From Akkermansia muciniphila (GTDB lineage: Bacteria > Verrucomicrobiota > Verrucomicrobiia > Limisphaerales > UBA9464): 64,000 nt of DNA. Numbering within the stretch: the stretch's first letter is position 1; every line of letters starts with the position of its first letter. The notes beneath the pieces were generated by a model. The model saw only the letters and a program-made list of their open reading frames with translations, did no database searches and was not told the DNA's origin. The DNA is taken from NCBI GenBank assembly GCA_945898055.1, contig CAMDGV010000012.1:4871-68870 (forward strand), in the 5' to 3' direction. A program made the position numbers and the translations under genes. This document shows positions 8,301 to 18,009 of this stretch, one piece after another.

Positions 8301-8931
8301 TAAGTTCAGATCGGTCAGGCAGGCGAGTCGTTACAGCGGCAGCCAGAGTCAATTTACCTGGGGTACTTCCACCGAGTCGGTCGAGGGCTAAAGAGAGAGC
8401 AGTGACTTCGGTCGACTGAGTGCCGTTGGTGGATTGGGTTGAAGCACGGAAGGTTCCGTTCCGAATAGTTAGATTCCGGATGTTGAGGCTCAGAGGCTTA
8501 GAATCGGTCGATCCAGCCGGAGTCGCCTTCGATGACGTTTCCGATTTAGGTAGGTTGAAGGAACCGTCGGCCTGTCCGATCAGTTGAATGACTGGGTTTT
8601 CCAAAGTCAGCTCACTAATGTCCAGAGTGCCGCCTAAAATCGCGGTGAGACTGTAACGCACCCGAACCAAATCAATCGACGCCAGCATCTCAGTACCGAT
8701 TGGAGTTAAGACGAGCTTTCGGATTTCTAGGCTAGAGAATGGGCTGAAAGAAACGGATTCGCTGGCAATGTTTGCTCCGATCGATGAGGAAACTTTAGGC
8801 AGCAAAACAGTGCGGATGAAGAAGCTACTGGTGATTAAAAAGTAAAGTGGAATGAGGCTAGCAAGGAGGCTTCCAGCGATGCGTAGACGGCGGACGCGAC
8901 GGGTTGCTCGGGTAGGAAAAGGGGAAGCCAT
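5314..8931 (-). CDS. AsmA-family / TamB-like large envelope protein
   Basis: About 1200 aa. It has an N-terminal TM anchor (RIAGSLLASLIPLYFLITSSFFI) followed by a long beta-rich, low-complexity S/T/G/L/N sequence typical of AsmA-like proteins. The ATG at 8931 is preferred over the ORF-track start at 9036. Confidence 0.65.
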   Translation of the reverse strand: MASPFPTRATRRVRRLRIAGSLLASLIPLYFLITSSFFIRTVLLPKVSSSIGANIASESVSFSPFSSLEIRKLVLTPIGTEMLASIDLVRVRYSLTAILGGTLDISELTLENPVIQLIGQADGSFNLPKSETSSKATPAGSTDSKPLSLNIRNLTIRNGTFRASTQSTNGTQSTEVTALSLALDRLGGSTPGKLTLAAAVTTRLPDRSELTGRIEGAYEVNLNAALKPELLKGKLRTDFTSASGGLKDLSSLGAVLDLDATSSDLRQLQLNFLQDGKSFASVELTGTYDLPKKEASIFYKIGGIDRRVVRLGAPALPFDLGKTVLSAQGRVNLVQLGEQITSQGRLQINDLTLTSSNGVTPTLQIGLDYKGGVDLKEGSATVEKVELTGTQAGATLIAGALDRPMNLAWGSVSKGFRDSTFSLKLAALNSRDWTALTGPGLPSGTLTSSLTVRTDRDGRDLKATLDAVIEDIGAEVAGKPIRGLRSSIKLNAALLEFNQLGVSQFNLTIGRQQLQLANLTGSLNYNLSGKESGVQASGELNLPALLAEAPVDSLNISSGGLRFSSAFSTKSGTTNVSVDLTLTDFAGTVGKSNFKNYKAVVGLSADISGTSLSLQRLTIAPETGFNSGGSLTLSGQYDLARGDGKISYQAVNLNENALAPFVAVPFLPNRLTSIRLDANGSAAFSQNRTTSDFDADLKSDLQVSRLIVEDPAGHLPKTPLALGLTLDVAKKNSSVNLRKVLIDLGKTTNLLNQLTLAGQIDIAKTNPSPSAMSLKSDGLDLTSLFTLFMGDAPSTNSGTKSATPAAKVPTSSVADGEPVPITLPFRQFTADIDIARILLKEINIAGLKGQIALTNGSIHLNPFLLKLNDAPISAKVLADLSVPGYSYDLDIKSGAIPLEPFINSFMPDRRGQIHGTVTLNTALKGTGVTGTNLASHLTGGFGFTATNLNLKLNEATSPLVKTIIGVVINIPRLIKDPTAAVSGLLTRVTGGSPVATEPWIEQLQAKPLDVITLSGDVSGGTFAIKTARLQSAAFKAEASGGIQILPILTNSSLQIPVIIALERSLAAQASLLDPGTPTNAVFVPFPAFLTIKGTVGTPKADINYTALAGYGLRTMGRAMGGLGTNVGNKIAGAANLLGNLAGGTKTNAIPPIKTEPSTLLNGAVNTFGSLLGGGLKATNRPSGPSTNAPANPVGDLLKAFGRPKK

Positions 8932-9466
8932 GATGGACAAAAATGGGGATAGATAGTGGGACAGCTTACAATTGTATGACGCCAAAGACTCAGGCGCATT
9001 AGCAAGCGACCAGAGAAGATTACTGCGTCGACGCAAGCTCGCAAGCTGAGGTTTACGTAGAGCCCAAAAGATTCACTAGGAGGGCCTACCGACCAAAAGA
9101 TGGGGCGGACAAAATTGTGAGAAGCCGTTTAAGTCAGCTTTCTTATTTAACTGATTCGATCGTTTGATGGATGAGCATTGAATCCCATCAGAAGCTTGCG
9201 TTACCTGCGGGAAAAGTGATTCACTGTCCTTTCGAGACCGCGTAAAGCACTGTTTCGCGATCAGGTTCTTGAGAACTGATTGGTAAGATAAGTGCTGTAA
9301 ACACTAGGGTTAGAGAGCGTTTATGAGCTTGTCTGCTTTCTCGATGTCATCCATAGTCTTCGCACAGTGTTTGGCGCGGGTGGGTGTGAAGGTAAACTAA
9401 TACAGAGGTCGAGATTGTTTGGGACGATTGGTTCGTCTTTAATTTTCAGACTGAGAAAGTAGACTG

Positions 9467-10102
9467 ATGTCGGACATTTTTCCTAAGTGGACAAATAAAC
9501 TTCCTGCGATGGTTGGGGTTGCGGGTGCCATATTGGTGCCCACGATTCTCGCGGGTATCACCTATTATTTCACTCCTAAGTATACTCGGGTGGGATATCA
9601 GCCCAAACAACCGGTTGCCTTTTCACATGCGATCCATGCCGGACAACTGGGTATGGATTGTCGGTACTGCCATACCGACGTGGATAAATCGTGGTTTTCG
9701 AATATTCCGGCTTCGGAAACCTGTATGCGTTGTCATTCGTTGGTGGCGAAGGATTCGCCGAAGTTAGCACTGGTGCGTGAGTCCTATTCGACGGGTAAAC
9801 CCATTCCTTGGGTTCAGATCCATAAGACTCCAGATTACGTTTACTTTAATCACTCCGTTCATGTGGCTCGGGGTATTTCCTGTGTGAAATGCCACGGCGA
9901 AATTCAGAAGATGGACGAAGTTTATCACTCCAAGCCTCTCTCCATGGGCTTCTGTCTGGAGTGCCATCGGCAACCCGAAAATCATATCCGGCCTAACGAA
10001 TTCGTCACCCAACTGGATTGGGCAGGTGAGTTCGATGGCAAGAAAGCCGTGCATGACTGGAAGGTCCAACCCGGTATTAGCTGCTCTACCTGTCACCGTT
10101 GA
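9467..10102 (+). CDS. actA: Alternative Complex III subunit ActA (pentahaem cytochrome c)
   Basis: Five CxxCH motifs (CRYCH, CMRCH, CVKCH, CLECH, CSTCH), an N-terminal TM helix, and first position in the act cluster. Confidence 0.9.
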   Translation: MSDIFPKWTNKLPAMVGVAGAILVPTILAGITYYFTPKYTRVGYQPKQPVAFSHAIHAGQLGMDCRYCHTDVDKSWFSNIPASETCMRCHSLVAKDSPKLALVRESYSTGKPIPWVQIHKTPDYVYFNHSVHVARGISCVKCHGEIQKMDEVYHSKPLSMGFCLECHRQPENHIRPNEFVTQLDWAGEFDGKKAVHDWKVQPGISCSTCHR

Positions 10103-13100
10103 TGAAGACGATTCCCCCGATTTGCAACGAGCCTGAGACAGGCCCGAAGTACTGGCGCTCCCTCGATCAGTTAGCCGACCAACCGGAGTTCCGTCAATGG
10201 ATGGACCGCGAATTTCCCGCTGGTGCGAGTATTGCCCCCGATGGTGAGTCTCGCCGCGATTGGATGAAGCTGATGTCAGCCAGTTTTCTGCTGGCGGGAC
10301 TCGGTGGGGTCGCGACGGGTTGCCGCCGACCTGAAGAAGTGCTTACGCCCTTCGCCAAACAGCCTGAGGGGTTTATTCATGGGAAAGCGCAGCATTTTGC
10401 GACCTCGATGCCAATCCGTGGCTCGGCCATTCCGTTAGTGGTCAAGAGCGCTGATGGACGGCCCGTTAAAATCGAAGGCAATAGCCTGATTCCAGGAGGC
10501 AATGGAGGGACTGACCAATTTGCTCAAGCGGCTTTGCTTGATTTGTATGATCCTGATCGTGCCCATCGACACACTCGAAATGGGAACGATGTCAAAATTG
10601 AAGCTGTGCGGGATGGGTTGGCTGAAATAGCCAAACTTGCCGCCTCCAATAAGGGAGCAGGACTCGCCTTCTTGGCCGAACGATCCGCATCACCGTCTCG
10701 CGCTCGTCTGCAAGCGATGATCGCCGATACCTATCCTAAGTCGACGTGGCACGTTTATGAACCGGTCGATCTGTCGATTACTGACCAAGCCTACTCGGAA
10801 GCTTTTGGGGCCTCAGTTCACGCGGTGGTTGATTTTTCTAAGGCGCGTCGAATTCTCTCGCTCGATTGCGATTTTATCGGATCTGAGTCCGAGGCTTATC
10901 GAAATATTCGGGGCTTTTCCAAGGGGCGCAAGGCAGCTGATGACTCGATGAATCGCCTGTACGCGGTTGAATCGCTCATGACGCTGACCGGCGGTAATGC
11001 GGACCATCGCCTTCGGGTTAAACCCAGTGATGTGTTGGCAGTCGCCCAAGGGGTCGCTTCCGAGTTGGGGGTGAGCGGTGCTCGCTCTGCGTCGGGTCCC
11101 TTTGCCGCTTGGGTCAAGGAAGTTGCCGCTGACCTCAAGGGTGCGGGGGCGAATGCGCTGGTGGTAGCGGGGTATACACAACCTCTCGCTGTCCACTTGC
11201 TGGCTGCTGCCATCAATGCGACCCTCGGTGCAATCGGTACGACCCTTTCTCTCAGCCACCCAGTGGAACCGGCGGCGTCTGGGATTGTTGAGTTAACGCA
11301 CGCTTTGGCTACTGGATCGGTGTCTACCTTGGTAATTCTGGGTGGGAATCCGGTGTACAATGCGCCAGTCGACCTTAACTTTCCAGTTAACGTCAAAAAG
11401 GCTAAAACCATCGTGCGCTTAGGGTATCACGAGGACGAAACCGCCGCTGTCGCCACGTGGACTCTTGCAGGAACTCATTTTCTCGAATCGTGGGGTGATG
11501 CACGCATGGCCGATGGGATCGTTGTTCCGATTCAGCCTTTGGTAGAACCTCTCTTCGGAGGTATTACCGATCTTGAGCTTCTGGCCAGAATCCTCGGCGA
11601 GACTCAGTCGTCACCTTTGGAAATTGTGCGCGCTACCGTCAAGGGACTGGGTGCAGCGGACGAAAACGCGTGGAAGCGCTTTTTAAACCAAGGATTTCTC
11701 GAAGGGAGTTCTCCAGCTTCACTGCAGGTTGGCTTTAAGTCGGCCACGGTCAGCGCCGCTGTCGCCGCCTATAAACCGGCTGCAGGTGCCTATGAAGTAA
11801 TCCTAACCCGCGATGCTTCGCTGGATGATGGTCGCTTCAACAACAACGGTTGGTTGCAGGAACTTCCGGATCCTATTACCAAAGTTACTTGGGATAACGT
11901 CATCCTTGTTTCTCAGAAAACCGCTAAAGCGCTTGGTTTGCCTGCTAAAACAGTAGGAGGCAAAGCGGATGAGAAGAGTCCGGCGATCGCCAGCGAGGCG
12001 CACGCAGGTCAGTACGATCAACCTATTCTCAAGATCACGGTCGAGGGTCGCAGCGTGGAGGGCCCGGTGTGGATTCAACCCGGGATGGCTGAGGGAACAG
12101 TTGCGGTCGCTTTGGGTTATGGTCGGACAACAACCGGTCGAGTGGGTCGCAATGTGGGCTTTGATGTCTTCCCGCTTTACAGCAGTAAACACCGCCATTT
12201 GACGGCGGGTTCTGTGGTCAAAGTGGCCCGAAAGATGCGTCTTGGGGTCACGCAAGAGCATGGTTTGATGGAAGGGCGTCCAGTGATTCGGGAAGCGAAT
12301 CTGGCTCAGTTTCAAGCCAAGCCAAACTTCGCCAAGGGCATGGATTTAGATGCACATTTGCCGCATTACGTTCCATTCAAAACGGAGACGGATGGTCGGA
12401 ATGCGGAGAAGCGGCCTCAAAATATTTACGAACATCCGTACGATCAGAATCCATCGACAGCATCCAAGATTCATCAGTGGGGGATGGTGGTGGACTTGCA
12501 ATCGTGCGTGGGTTGTTCTGCATGCGTGATTGCCTGTCAGGCTGAGAATAACATCCCTATCGTTGGCAAAGATCAAGTTGCCCGCGGTCGTGAGATGCAT
12601 TGGATGCGAATTGATCGCTATTTCAGTCATGATCCGGCGGTGGATATTAACGCGGAGCAAGCCAGTGAGGATCCTCAGATGGCTCTGCAACCAATGTTTT
12701 GTCAGCATTGCGAAGCGGCACCGTGCGAAAGTGTCTGTCCGGTGAACGCCACGGTCCATGACGAGGAAGGGGTCAATGTCATGGCCTATAATCGCTGCAT
12801 TGGGACACGGTATTGTGCCAATAATTGCCCTTATAAAGTTCGGCGCTTTAATTGGTTCGATTTCAACAAACGGGAAACCGACTACGGTGGGGCTCAAGAT
12901 CAGCATCTGGTCAACACGGGCAACCTGTACAAGGGCCCCCTAGGGGTGAATCGTAATGAGGCTCCTGAGTGGGAGATCATTAAACTGGTGAAGAATCCTG
13001 ACGTAAGTGTCCGGATGCGGGGCGTGATGGAGAAGTGCAATTTTTGCGCTCAACGCATCGAGCAAGCCAAGATCGCGCAAAAGGTGAAGGTCGGTAACAG

Positions 13101-13452
13101 TGGTGAGGTCGCTGTTCCGGATGGAACCATTCGCACCGCGTGTCAACAGGCGTGCCCAGCGGAGGCAATCACCTTTGGTAATATTTTGGACTCCGACAGT
13201 GAGGTCGTGAAACTGAAGAAGAACCCGAGAAATTACTCGGTGCTCGGCTTTCTCGATACTCGCCCACGCGTCACCTATCTCGCTCGAATTCGTAATCCAA
13301 ATCCGGCCTTAGCCGCTTTTGATAAACGGATCACACCGGATACCCAACGGGATTATGAACGGTTCCGTCACGAAACCCCTTTCGAAGAAAAGAGTCACGG
13401 TCATGAAGGTCAGAAGCATGCCGCTGTTCAAGCGGAGAAGGGAGCAGCATAA
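10099..13452 (+). CDS. actB: Alternative Complex III subunit ActB (fused molybdopterin-oxidoreductase-like and FeS domains)
   Basis: Tat-like [17 protein letters not shown]. FeS Cys clusters [48 protein letters not shown] and CNFCAQRI...CQQACP. It overlaps actA by 4 nt. Confidence 0.9.
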   Translation: MMKTIPPICNEPETGPKYWRSLDQLADQPEFRQWMDREFPAGASIAPDGESRRDWMKLMSASFLLAGLGGVATGCRRPEEVLTPFAKQPEGFIHGKAQHFATSMPIRGSAIPLVVKSADGRPVKIEGNSLIPGGNGGTDQFAQAALLDLYDPDRAHRHTRNGNDVKIEAVRDGLAEIAKLAASNKGAGLAFLAERSASPSRARLQAMIADTYPKSTWHVYEPVDLSITDQAYSEAFGASVHAVVDFSKARRILSLDCDFIGSESEAYRNIRGFSKGRKAADDSMNRLYAVESLMTLTGGNADHRLRVKPSDVLAVAQGVASELGVSGARSASGPFAAWVKEVAADLKGAGANALVVAGYTQPLAVHLLAAAINATLGAIGTTLSLSHPVEPAASGIVELTHALATGSVSTLVILGGNPVYNAPVDLNFPVNVKKAKTIVRLGYHEDETAAVATWTLAGTHFLESWGDARMADGIVVPIQPLVEPLFGGITDLELLARILGETQSSPLEIVRATVKGLGAADENAWKRFLNQGFLEGSSPASLQVGFKSATVSAAVAAYKPAAGAYEVILTRDASLDDGRFNNNGWLQELPDPITKVTWDNVILVSQKTAKALGLPAKTVGGKADEKSPAIASEAHAGQYDQPILKITVEGRSVEGPVWIQPGMAEGTVAVALGYGRTTTGRVGRNVGFDVFPLYSSKHRHLTAGSVVKVARKMRLGVTQEHGLMEGRPVIREANLAQFQAKPNFAKGMDLDAHLPHYVPFKTETDGRNAEKRPQNIYEHPYDQNPSTASKIHQWGMVVDLQSCVGCSACVIACQAENNIPIVGKDQVARGREMHWMRIDRYFSHDPAVDINAEQASEDPQMALQPMFCQHCEAAPCESVCPVNATVHDEEGVNVMAYNRCIGTRYCANNCPYKVRRFNWFDFNKRETDYGGAQDQHLVNTGNLYKGPLGVNRNEAPEWEIIKLVKNPDVSVRMRGVMEKCNFCAQRIEQAKIAQKVKVGNSGEVAVPDGTIRTACQQACPAEAITFGNILDSDSEVVKLKKNPRNYSVLGFLDTRPRVTYLARIRNPNPALAAFDKRITPDTQRDYERFRHETPFEEKSHGHEGQKHAAVQAEKGAA

Positions 13453-14939
13453 TGGCTAGCTCGTCTGCATCTCAGCCTTCCCGCCACCCAACTTCCAAAG
13501 GTGTGGTGGGGTCTCAGTCTACGCCTACTCCGACCCTAAAGGTGGCAAATGCCCCTCGCGAGCTGGAACGTGAACCGCTGGTTCTCAACAATCGGTCGAT
13601 TGGTTGGATCACCAATGCGATCGCTGGGGTTTGTGAGAATCCAATGCCCATGTGGTGGTGGCCCGCTTTCATTCTGTCGTTTGGAGGAATGATGACCATG
13701 TTCTCGTTGATTGCCTACTTGGTCTCGACGGGCGTGGGTGTTTGGGGTCTTAACCAGCCGGCTGCTTGGGCTTGGGATATTACTAACTTCGTCTTTTGGA
13801 TCGGTATCGGTCACGCTGGGACTCTCATTTCTGCTGTCTTATTTTTGCTGCGGCAAAAGTGGCGCACTTCAGTGAATCGTGCCGCTGAGGCCATGACCAT
13901 TTTTGCTGTCGCTTGCGCGGGTATTTTCCCTGTTTTTCATACCGGTCGGGTGTGGTTTGCTCTGTTACCCGGTTACCTCATCCCCTTTCCTAATGCGAAT
14001 GAAATCTGGCCTCAGTTTCGCTCTCCCTTGCTCTGGGACGTGTTCGCTGTCTCGACTTATGGGACCGTTTCCCTCCTTTTCTGGTACGTTGGACTGATTC
14101 CTGACCTAGCCACGTTGAGGGACCGCGCCAAGGGGTTCATGCGTCGCTTTTTCTACGGCTTGTTTTCTCTCGGTTGGACGGGGTCAAATCGGCATTGGAG
14201 CAATTACGAAAAGGCGTACCTTTTGCTGGCAGGCCTGAGTACTCCGTTGGTGCTCTCGGTGCACTCGATCGTTTCTTTCGACTTCGCCGTCTCCGTGGTT
14301 CCAGGTTGGCATACCACGATCTTTCCTCCGTATTTCGTTGCTGGGGCGATTTTCTCTGGTTTCGGGATGGTTCTAACTTTGCTTATCCCACTGCGATCAC
14401 TCTTTAAACTGCACGACATTATTACCCTTCGCCATGTCGAATTGATGTGCAAAGTGCTCTTGGCCACCGGTTCGATCGTTGGATACGCTTACGGTATGGA
14501 GTTCTTCATCGCTTGGTACGGTGGAAGTCCCTACGAACTTTACGCCTTCAAGAATCGGGCTTTCGGGCCTTATTGGTGGAGTTATTGGGCGATGATTTCC
14601 TGTAATGTCATCAGTCCTCATTTCTTTTGGTTCAAAAAACTACGGGTAAGTGTGGTGTTCGTTTGGATCGTCTCAATCTTTGTTAACATAGGAATGTGGT
14701 TCGAGCGTTTTGTGATTATTGTCACCTCGCTTCATCGCGATTATCTCCCCTCTAGCTGGGGTTATTTCACCCCTACCTGGGTCGATGTCATGACTTTTGC
14801 CGGTAGTTTTGGTTTGTTCATGACTCTCTTCCTTTTGTTCATTCGCTTCCTCCCGGTTATTGCTATCAGCGAGGTCAAAGGCGTGACGCCTCAGGCCGAT
14901 CCGCATCACCCACTGGGTGGAGCCAAGGAACATCACTAA
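13452..14939 (+). CDS. actC: Alternative Complex III subunit ActC (NrfD/PsrC-like quinol-interacting membrane subunit)
   Basis: Polytopic membrane protein. It overlaps the actB stop by 1 nt (TAATG), and its position is canonical for actC. Confidence 0.85.
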   Translation: MASSSASQPSRHPTSKGVVGSQSTPTPTLKVANAPRELEREPLVLNNRSIGWITNAIAGVCENPMPMWWWPAFILSFGGMMTMFSLIAYLVSTGVGVWGLNQPAAWAWDITNFVFWIGIGHAGTLISAVLFLLRQKWRTSVNRAAEAMTIFAVACAGIFPVFHTGRVWFALLPGYLIPFPNANEIWPQFRSPLLWDVFAVSTYGTVSLLFWYVGLIPDLATLRDRAKGFMRRFFYGLFSLGWTGSNRHWSNYEKAYLLLAGLSTPLVLSVHSIVSFDFAVSVVPGWHTTIFPPYFVAGAIFSGFGMVLTLLIPLRSLFKLHDIITLRHVELMCKVLLATGSIVGYAYGMEFFIAWYGGSPYELYAFKNRAFGPYWWSYWAMISCNVISPHFFWFKKLRVSVVFVWIVSIFVNIGMWFERFVIIVTSLHRDYLPSSWGYFTPTWVDVMTFAGSFGLFMTLFLLFIRFLPVIAISEVKGVTPQADPHHPLGGAKEHH

Positions 14940-14952
14940 TTCGAAGACATCG

Positions 14953-15498
14953 ATGAGCGCCTTATCTCTCAAAACGTACGGAATGCTAGCCGAGTTCGGC
15001 ACCCCTGCGGACATCTTTGAAGCAGCGATGCGATGCCGCGACGCAGGTTTCTCAAAGTGGGATGTCTACACTCCCTTTCCAATCCATGGAATGGATGAAG
15101 CCATGGGCTTGCGAAAATCGCCAGTGGGATGGTTCACTTTCTGTGGTGGATTCACTGGCTTTTTCAGTGGTATGACCATGATCTGGTATATGAATGGGTT
15201 CGACTACCCTCTCGTAGTGGGTGGCAAACCTCTTTTCACTCCGCTCTATGCCTTTCCGGTGAGTTATGAGTTAACCATCTTGCTCAGTGCGTTCGGGACT
15301 TTGTTCGGTATGTTCTTCTTGAACCGGTTGCCCAAATTTTATAATCCGCTCTTTAAAAATTTGAGGTTTCGTAAGGCCACCGATGATCGTTATTTTATCG
15401 TGATTGAGTCAGCGGATCCAAAATTCTCAGTGGAAGCGACCCGCGCTTTTCTAACTGACTCTTGTCACGCAACCGCAGTTGAACTCGTGGAGGACTGA
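14953..15498 (+). CDS. actD: Alternative Complex III subunit ActD (DUF3341-like)
   Basis: YGMLAEFGTPADIFEAAMRCRDAGFSKWDVYTPFPIHGMDEAMG, plus two TM helices. The ATG at 14953 is preferred to the GTG at 14917, which would overlap actC. Confidence 0.8.
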   Translation: MSALSLKTYGMLAEFGTPADIFEAAMRCRDAGFSKWDVYTPFPIHGMDEAMGLRKSPVGWFTFCGGFTGFFSGMTMIWYMNGFDYPLVVGGKPLFTPLYAFPVSYELTILLSAFGTLFGMFFLNRLPKFYNPLFKNLRFRKATDDRYFIVIESADPKFSVEATRAFLTDSCHATAVELVED

Positions 15499-16122
15499 AT
15501 GCGTATCTTCCTCAAATATTTCTTCACTCTCTACATCCTAGGTGTCGTTTTGGTCGTTGGTATTGCTGGATTTCGAGGATCCAAGACCACCCGAACGCCG
15601 ATCGAGGTGTTCCCTGACATGGATCGCCAACCCAAGTTGAGACCCCAAACGACAACAAAGTTTGCCCAATGGGCCGATGGTCAGACGTCTCGGCCACATC
15701 CCATTGGGACGGTTTCCCGCGAGGCCAATTGGGAAGATAATGCTCTCAATACCGGAAAACAGAATGGCGCATTCGTCGAGGTGATGCCGATCGTGGTGAC
15801 CTCGACCGTTCTCAAACGCGGTCAAGAGCGATTCACTGTTTATTGTCAACCGTGTCACGGCGTACTGGGTGATGGCAAAGGGATCACCAGCAAGTTTGGG
15901 ATGGGGAATGTAGCTAACTTACACCAAGATCGTCTCGTGAAGGTTCAGGATGGGGATATCTACAACACTGTGGCCTATGGGAAGGGCACGATGATGGGCT
16001 ACGCTTCAGCAATACCTGTGCCCGATCGCTGGGCGATTGTCGCCTACGTGCGCACTCTCCAGTTGAGTCGGTTGGCCACCGCCTCCGAAATCCCAGCGGC
16101 AATCCTGCCCACTATTAAGTAA
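15499..16122 (+). CDS. actE: Alternative Complex III subunit ActE (monohaem cytochrome c)
   Basis: A single CQPCH, an N-terminal TM helix, and a start that directly abuts the actD stop. Confidence 0.85.
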   Translation: MRIFLKYFFTLYILGVVLVVGIAGFRGSKTTRTPIEVFPDMDRQPKLRPQTTTKFAQWADGQTSRPHPIGTVSREANWEDNALNTGKQNGAFVEVMPIVVTSTVLKRGQERFTVYCQPCHGVLGDGKGITSKFGMGNVANLHQDRLVKVQDGDIYNTVAYGKGTMMGYASAIPVPDRWAIVAYVRTLQLSRLATASEIPAAILPTIK

Positions 16123-16128
16123 GCACCT

Positions 16129-17430
16129 ATGAACCCTGCTTTACGAATTTCAAACAACTGGATGGCCTTTTTTGCCATTGCTGCCCTGTTTCTCACGGCG
16201 CGTCTTTTCGGCGCTGAACATACCGACTCGCATCCGGTTGCGAATGCCGTGGAGCACGCTGGCCACGGTCACGATCATGGGTCTGCCGCCGAGTCCGTTT
16301 CGCAGTTCTCCCTAAAGCAGATCGCGCACAGTTATCTCACTGCCTATATGTTCACGCTCAGCCTGTGCGTTGGGTGCCTTTTTCTCTCGCTAGCTCATCA
16401 CCTTTTTGATGCGGGTTGGTCCGCTTCGATTCGCCGAGTGACCGATACTATCTCAAGTCTGCTCTTCCCTTGGATGACCTTTCTGGTTTTCCCAATTATT
16501 GGATTTGCTTGGCACGGTGATCTTTATGGGTGGTTTTATACGGACCCAGCTTCCGATCATTCTTTGGATGTTAAAAAAGTGCTCTTCAATCGGGAGACCT
16601 TCTCAGTCCTTCTTCCCGGAGTGATCGCCCTGCTCGGACTCGTCGGGGGGACGCTGAGAAAGTGGTCGGTTGCTCAAGACAAGGATGGCGCAGCGCACTG
16701 GACAAGTAAGTCGAGAAAACTCGCGGCCGGCGGTATCTTTCTTTTTGCATTCGGCACTACTTTAGTCTGTTTTTTCCTGATGAAGTCTCTTCAGCATCAG
16801 TTCTTCAGCACGATGTACGGTGTCTACTACTTTGCTGGCTCGGTTTGGGTCACCTTAATTACCCTTTACATCCTAACGATGTATCTCTCGCAGCCTGGTA
16901 AACCTTTGGAAAAGGTCTATTTCAAGCGGCAACAACAGGACTTAGCCGTGCTTTTCTTCGCTTTCACTGTTTTCTACGCTTATATCCATTTTTCTCAATA
17001 TTTCCTAATCTGGAATGCGGCCCTGCCGGAGGAGACTTTCTGGTATGTCTTGCGTGAGGTGGGTTCATGGAAGTGGGTCGGAATGACGATCATCTTTGGT
17101 CATTTCTTTGTCCCTTTTCTGTTACTGCTTAATCAGGACATCAAGCGAAACATGGCCGTCATGGTTCCGGTAGCGGTTTGGGCTTGGCTCATGCATTACT
17201 TGGATATGACCTATAACGTGATGCCCGTTCTCCATCCTGCAGGTTTAAAACTCACCTTTTGGGATCCCCTCCTTTGGATCGCGATGGTTTCAATTCTTGG
17301 AGCCCTTTTCCGGCGGAAATATCAGACTGCGGCCCCGTATCCTTTAAGGGATCCTCGTTTAAATGAAGCGGTTACTCATCACGAGGTCCCGACGTCCGCC
17401 GCAAGATCGGCTTCTGCTTCAACGCATTAA
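16129..17430 (+). CDS. actF: Alternative Complex III subunit ActF (second NrfD-like membrane subunit)
   Basis: Polytopic membrane protein in the canonical position after actE. Confidence 0.8.
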   Translation: MNPALRISNNWMAFFAIAALFLTARLFGAEHTDSHPVANAVEHAGHGHDHGSAAESVSQFSLKQIAHSYLTAYMFTLSLCVGCLFLSLAHHLFDAGWSASIRRVTDTISSLLFPWMTFLVFPIIGFAWHGDLYGWFYTDPASDHSLDVKKVLFNRETFSVLLPGVIALLGLVGGTLRKWSVAQDKDGAAHWTSKSRKLAAGGIFLFAFGTTLVCFFLMKSLQHQFFSTMYGVYYFAGSVWVTLITLYILTMYLSQPGKPLEKVYFKRQQQDLAVLFFAFTVFYAYIHFSQYFLIWNAALPEETFWYVLREVGSWKWVGMTIIFGHFFVPFLLLLNQDIKRNMAVMVPVAVWAWLMHYLDMTYNVMPVLHPAGLKLTFWDPLLWIAMVSILGALFRRKYQTAAPYPLRDPRLNEAVTHHEVPTSAARSASASTH

Positions 17431-17447
17431 TCTAAGGCGACGACCCC

Positions 17448-17816
17448 ATGAGTAATACCAATTGCTGTTCACAAAAAACTCGCACCATCGCTGCCTACTT
17501 GGTCGGTGGTTTGGGTGTGTTCTCGATCATGGGCGTCCTTGCCTATATGGTGATCGGTCAACCGGTGCCTGCTGTGGATGCCGCTCGCGCTGAACTTCGC
17601 GCTAAATACCGGTCTGAGATCGAAGCTGCTTCTCTCCCTGCATTGACCGGTTACTCCCTTGATCCTGATGCCCTCGCGCTCGGGAATAAGGTCTATCGTG
17701 TCCCCGTTTCGCGTGCTTTAGAAATTGCCGCGGATGATTTTAAAGATGCAGCAATTGGACGCGCTAAATTGTTGAAGCGCCTTGAAGGTAAACTAAAGCA
17801 GCAGTCGTTTGAATGA
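17448..17816 (+). CDS. Hypothetical single-pass membrane protein embedded between actF and ccoS
   Basis: The N-terminal TM helix is IAAYLVGGLGVFSIMGVLAYMVIG, followed by a soluble helical tail. I recognised no family. It overlaps ccoS by 8 nt. Confidence 0.55.
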   Translation: MSNTNCCSQKTRTIAAYLVGGLGVFSIMGVLAYMVIGQPVPAVDAARAELRAKYRSEIEAASLPALTGYSLDPDALALGNKVYRVPVSRALEIAADDFKDAAIGRAKLLKRLEGKLKQQSFE

Positions 17817-18009
17817 TCTCATGCCGGTGATTAGCCTCATCCTACTTGGAAGTGTTCTTCTTCTACCTGCCGCTGCCCTCCTTTCTCTCCGGTGGGCGAC
17901 GCGCTCTGGGCAATTTACCCTTATGAATCGCGCGGCGCTTCTGCCCTTCGATGATGAAGAGCCCATCGGTCAGGCGACCGATCAAATTCTGGGAGACAAT
18001 CGCCGTTGA
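17809..18009 (+). CDS. ccoS: cbb3-type cytochrome oxidase maturation protein CcoS/FixS
   Basis: One TM helix followed by RWATRSGQF...LPFDDEEP, which matches the W-x-x-[KR]-SGQ[FY]...DD signature of CcoS. It overlaps ccoN by 4 nt. Confidence 0.75.
   Translation: MNDLMPVISLILLGSVLLLPAAALLSLRWATRSGQFTLMNRAALLPFDDEEPIGQATDQILGDNRR

Noticed and set aside
10757-13168. Antisense and alternative-frame ORFs inside actB, for example 10813..11259(-), 10896..11411(-), 11803..12315(-) and 12346..12906(-).
   Set aside because: actB is a continuous 1117-aa ORF with Tat and FeS motifs. The overlapping ORFs have no recognisable features and have skewed composition.
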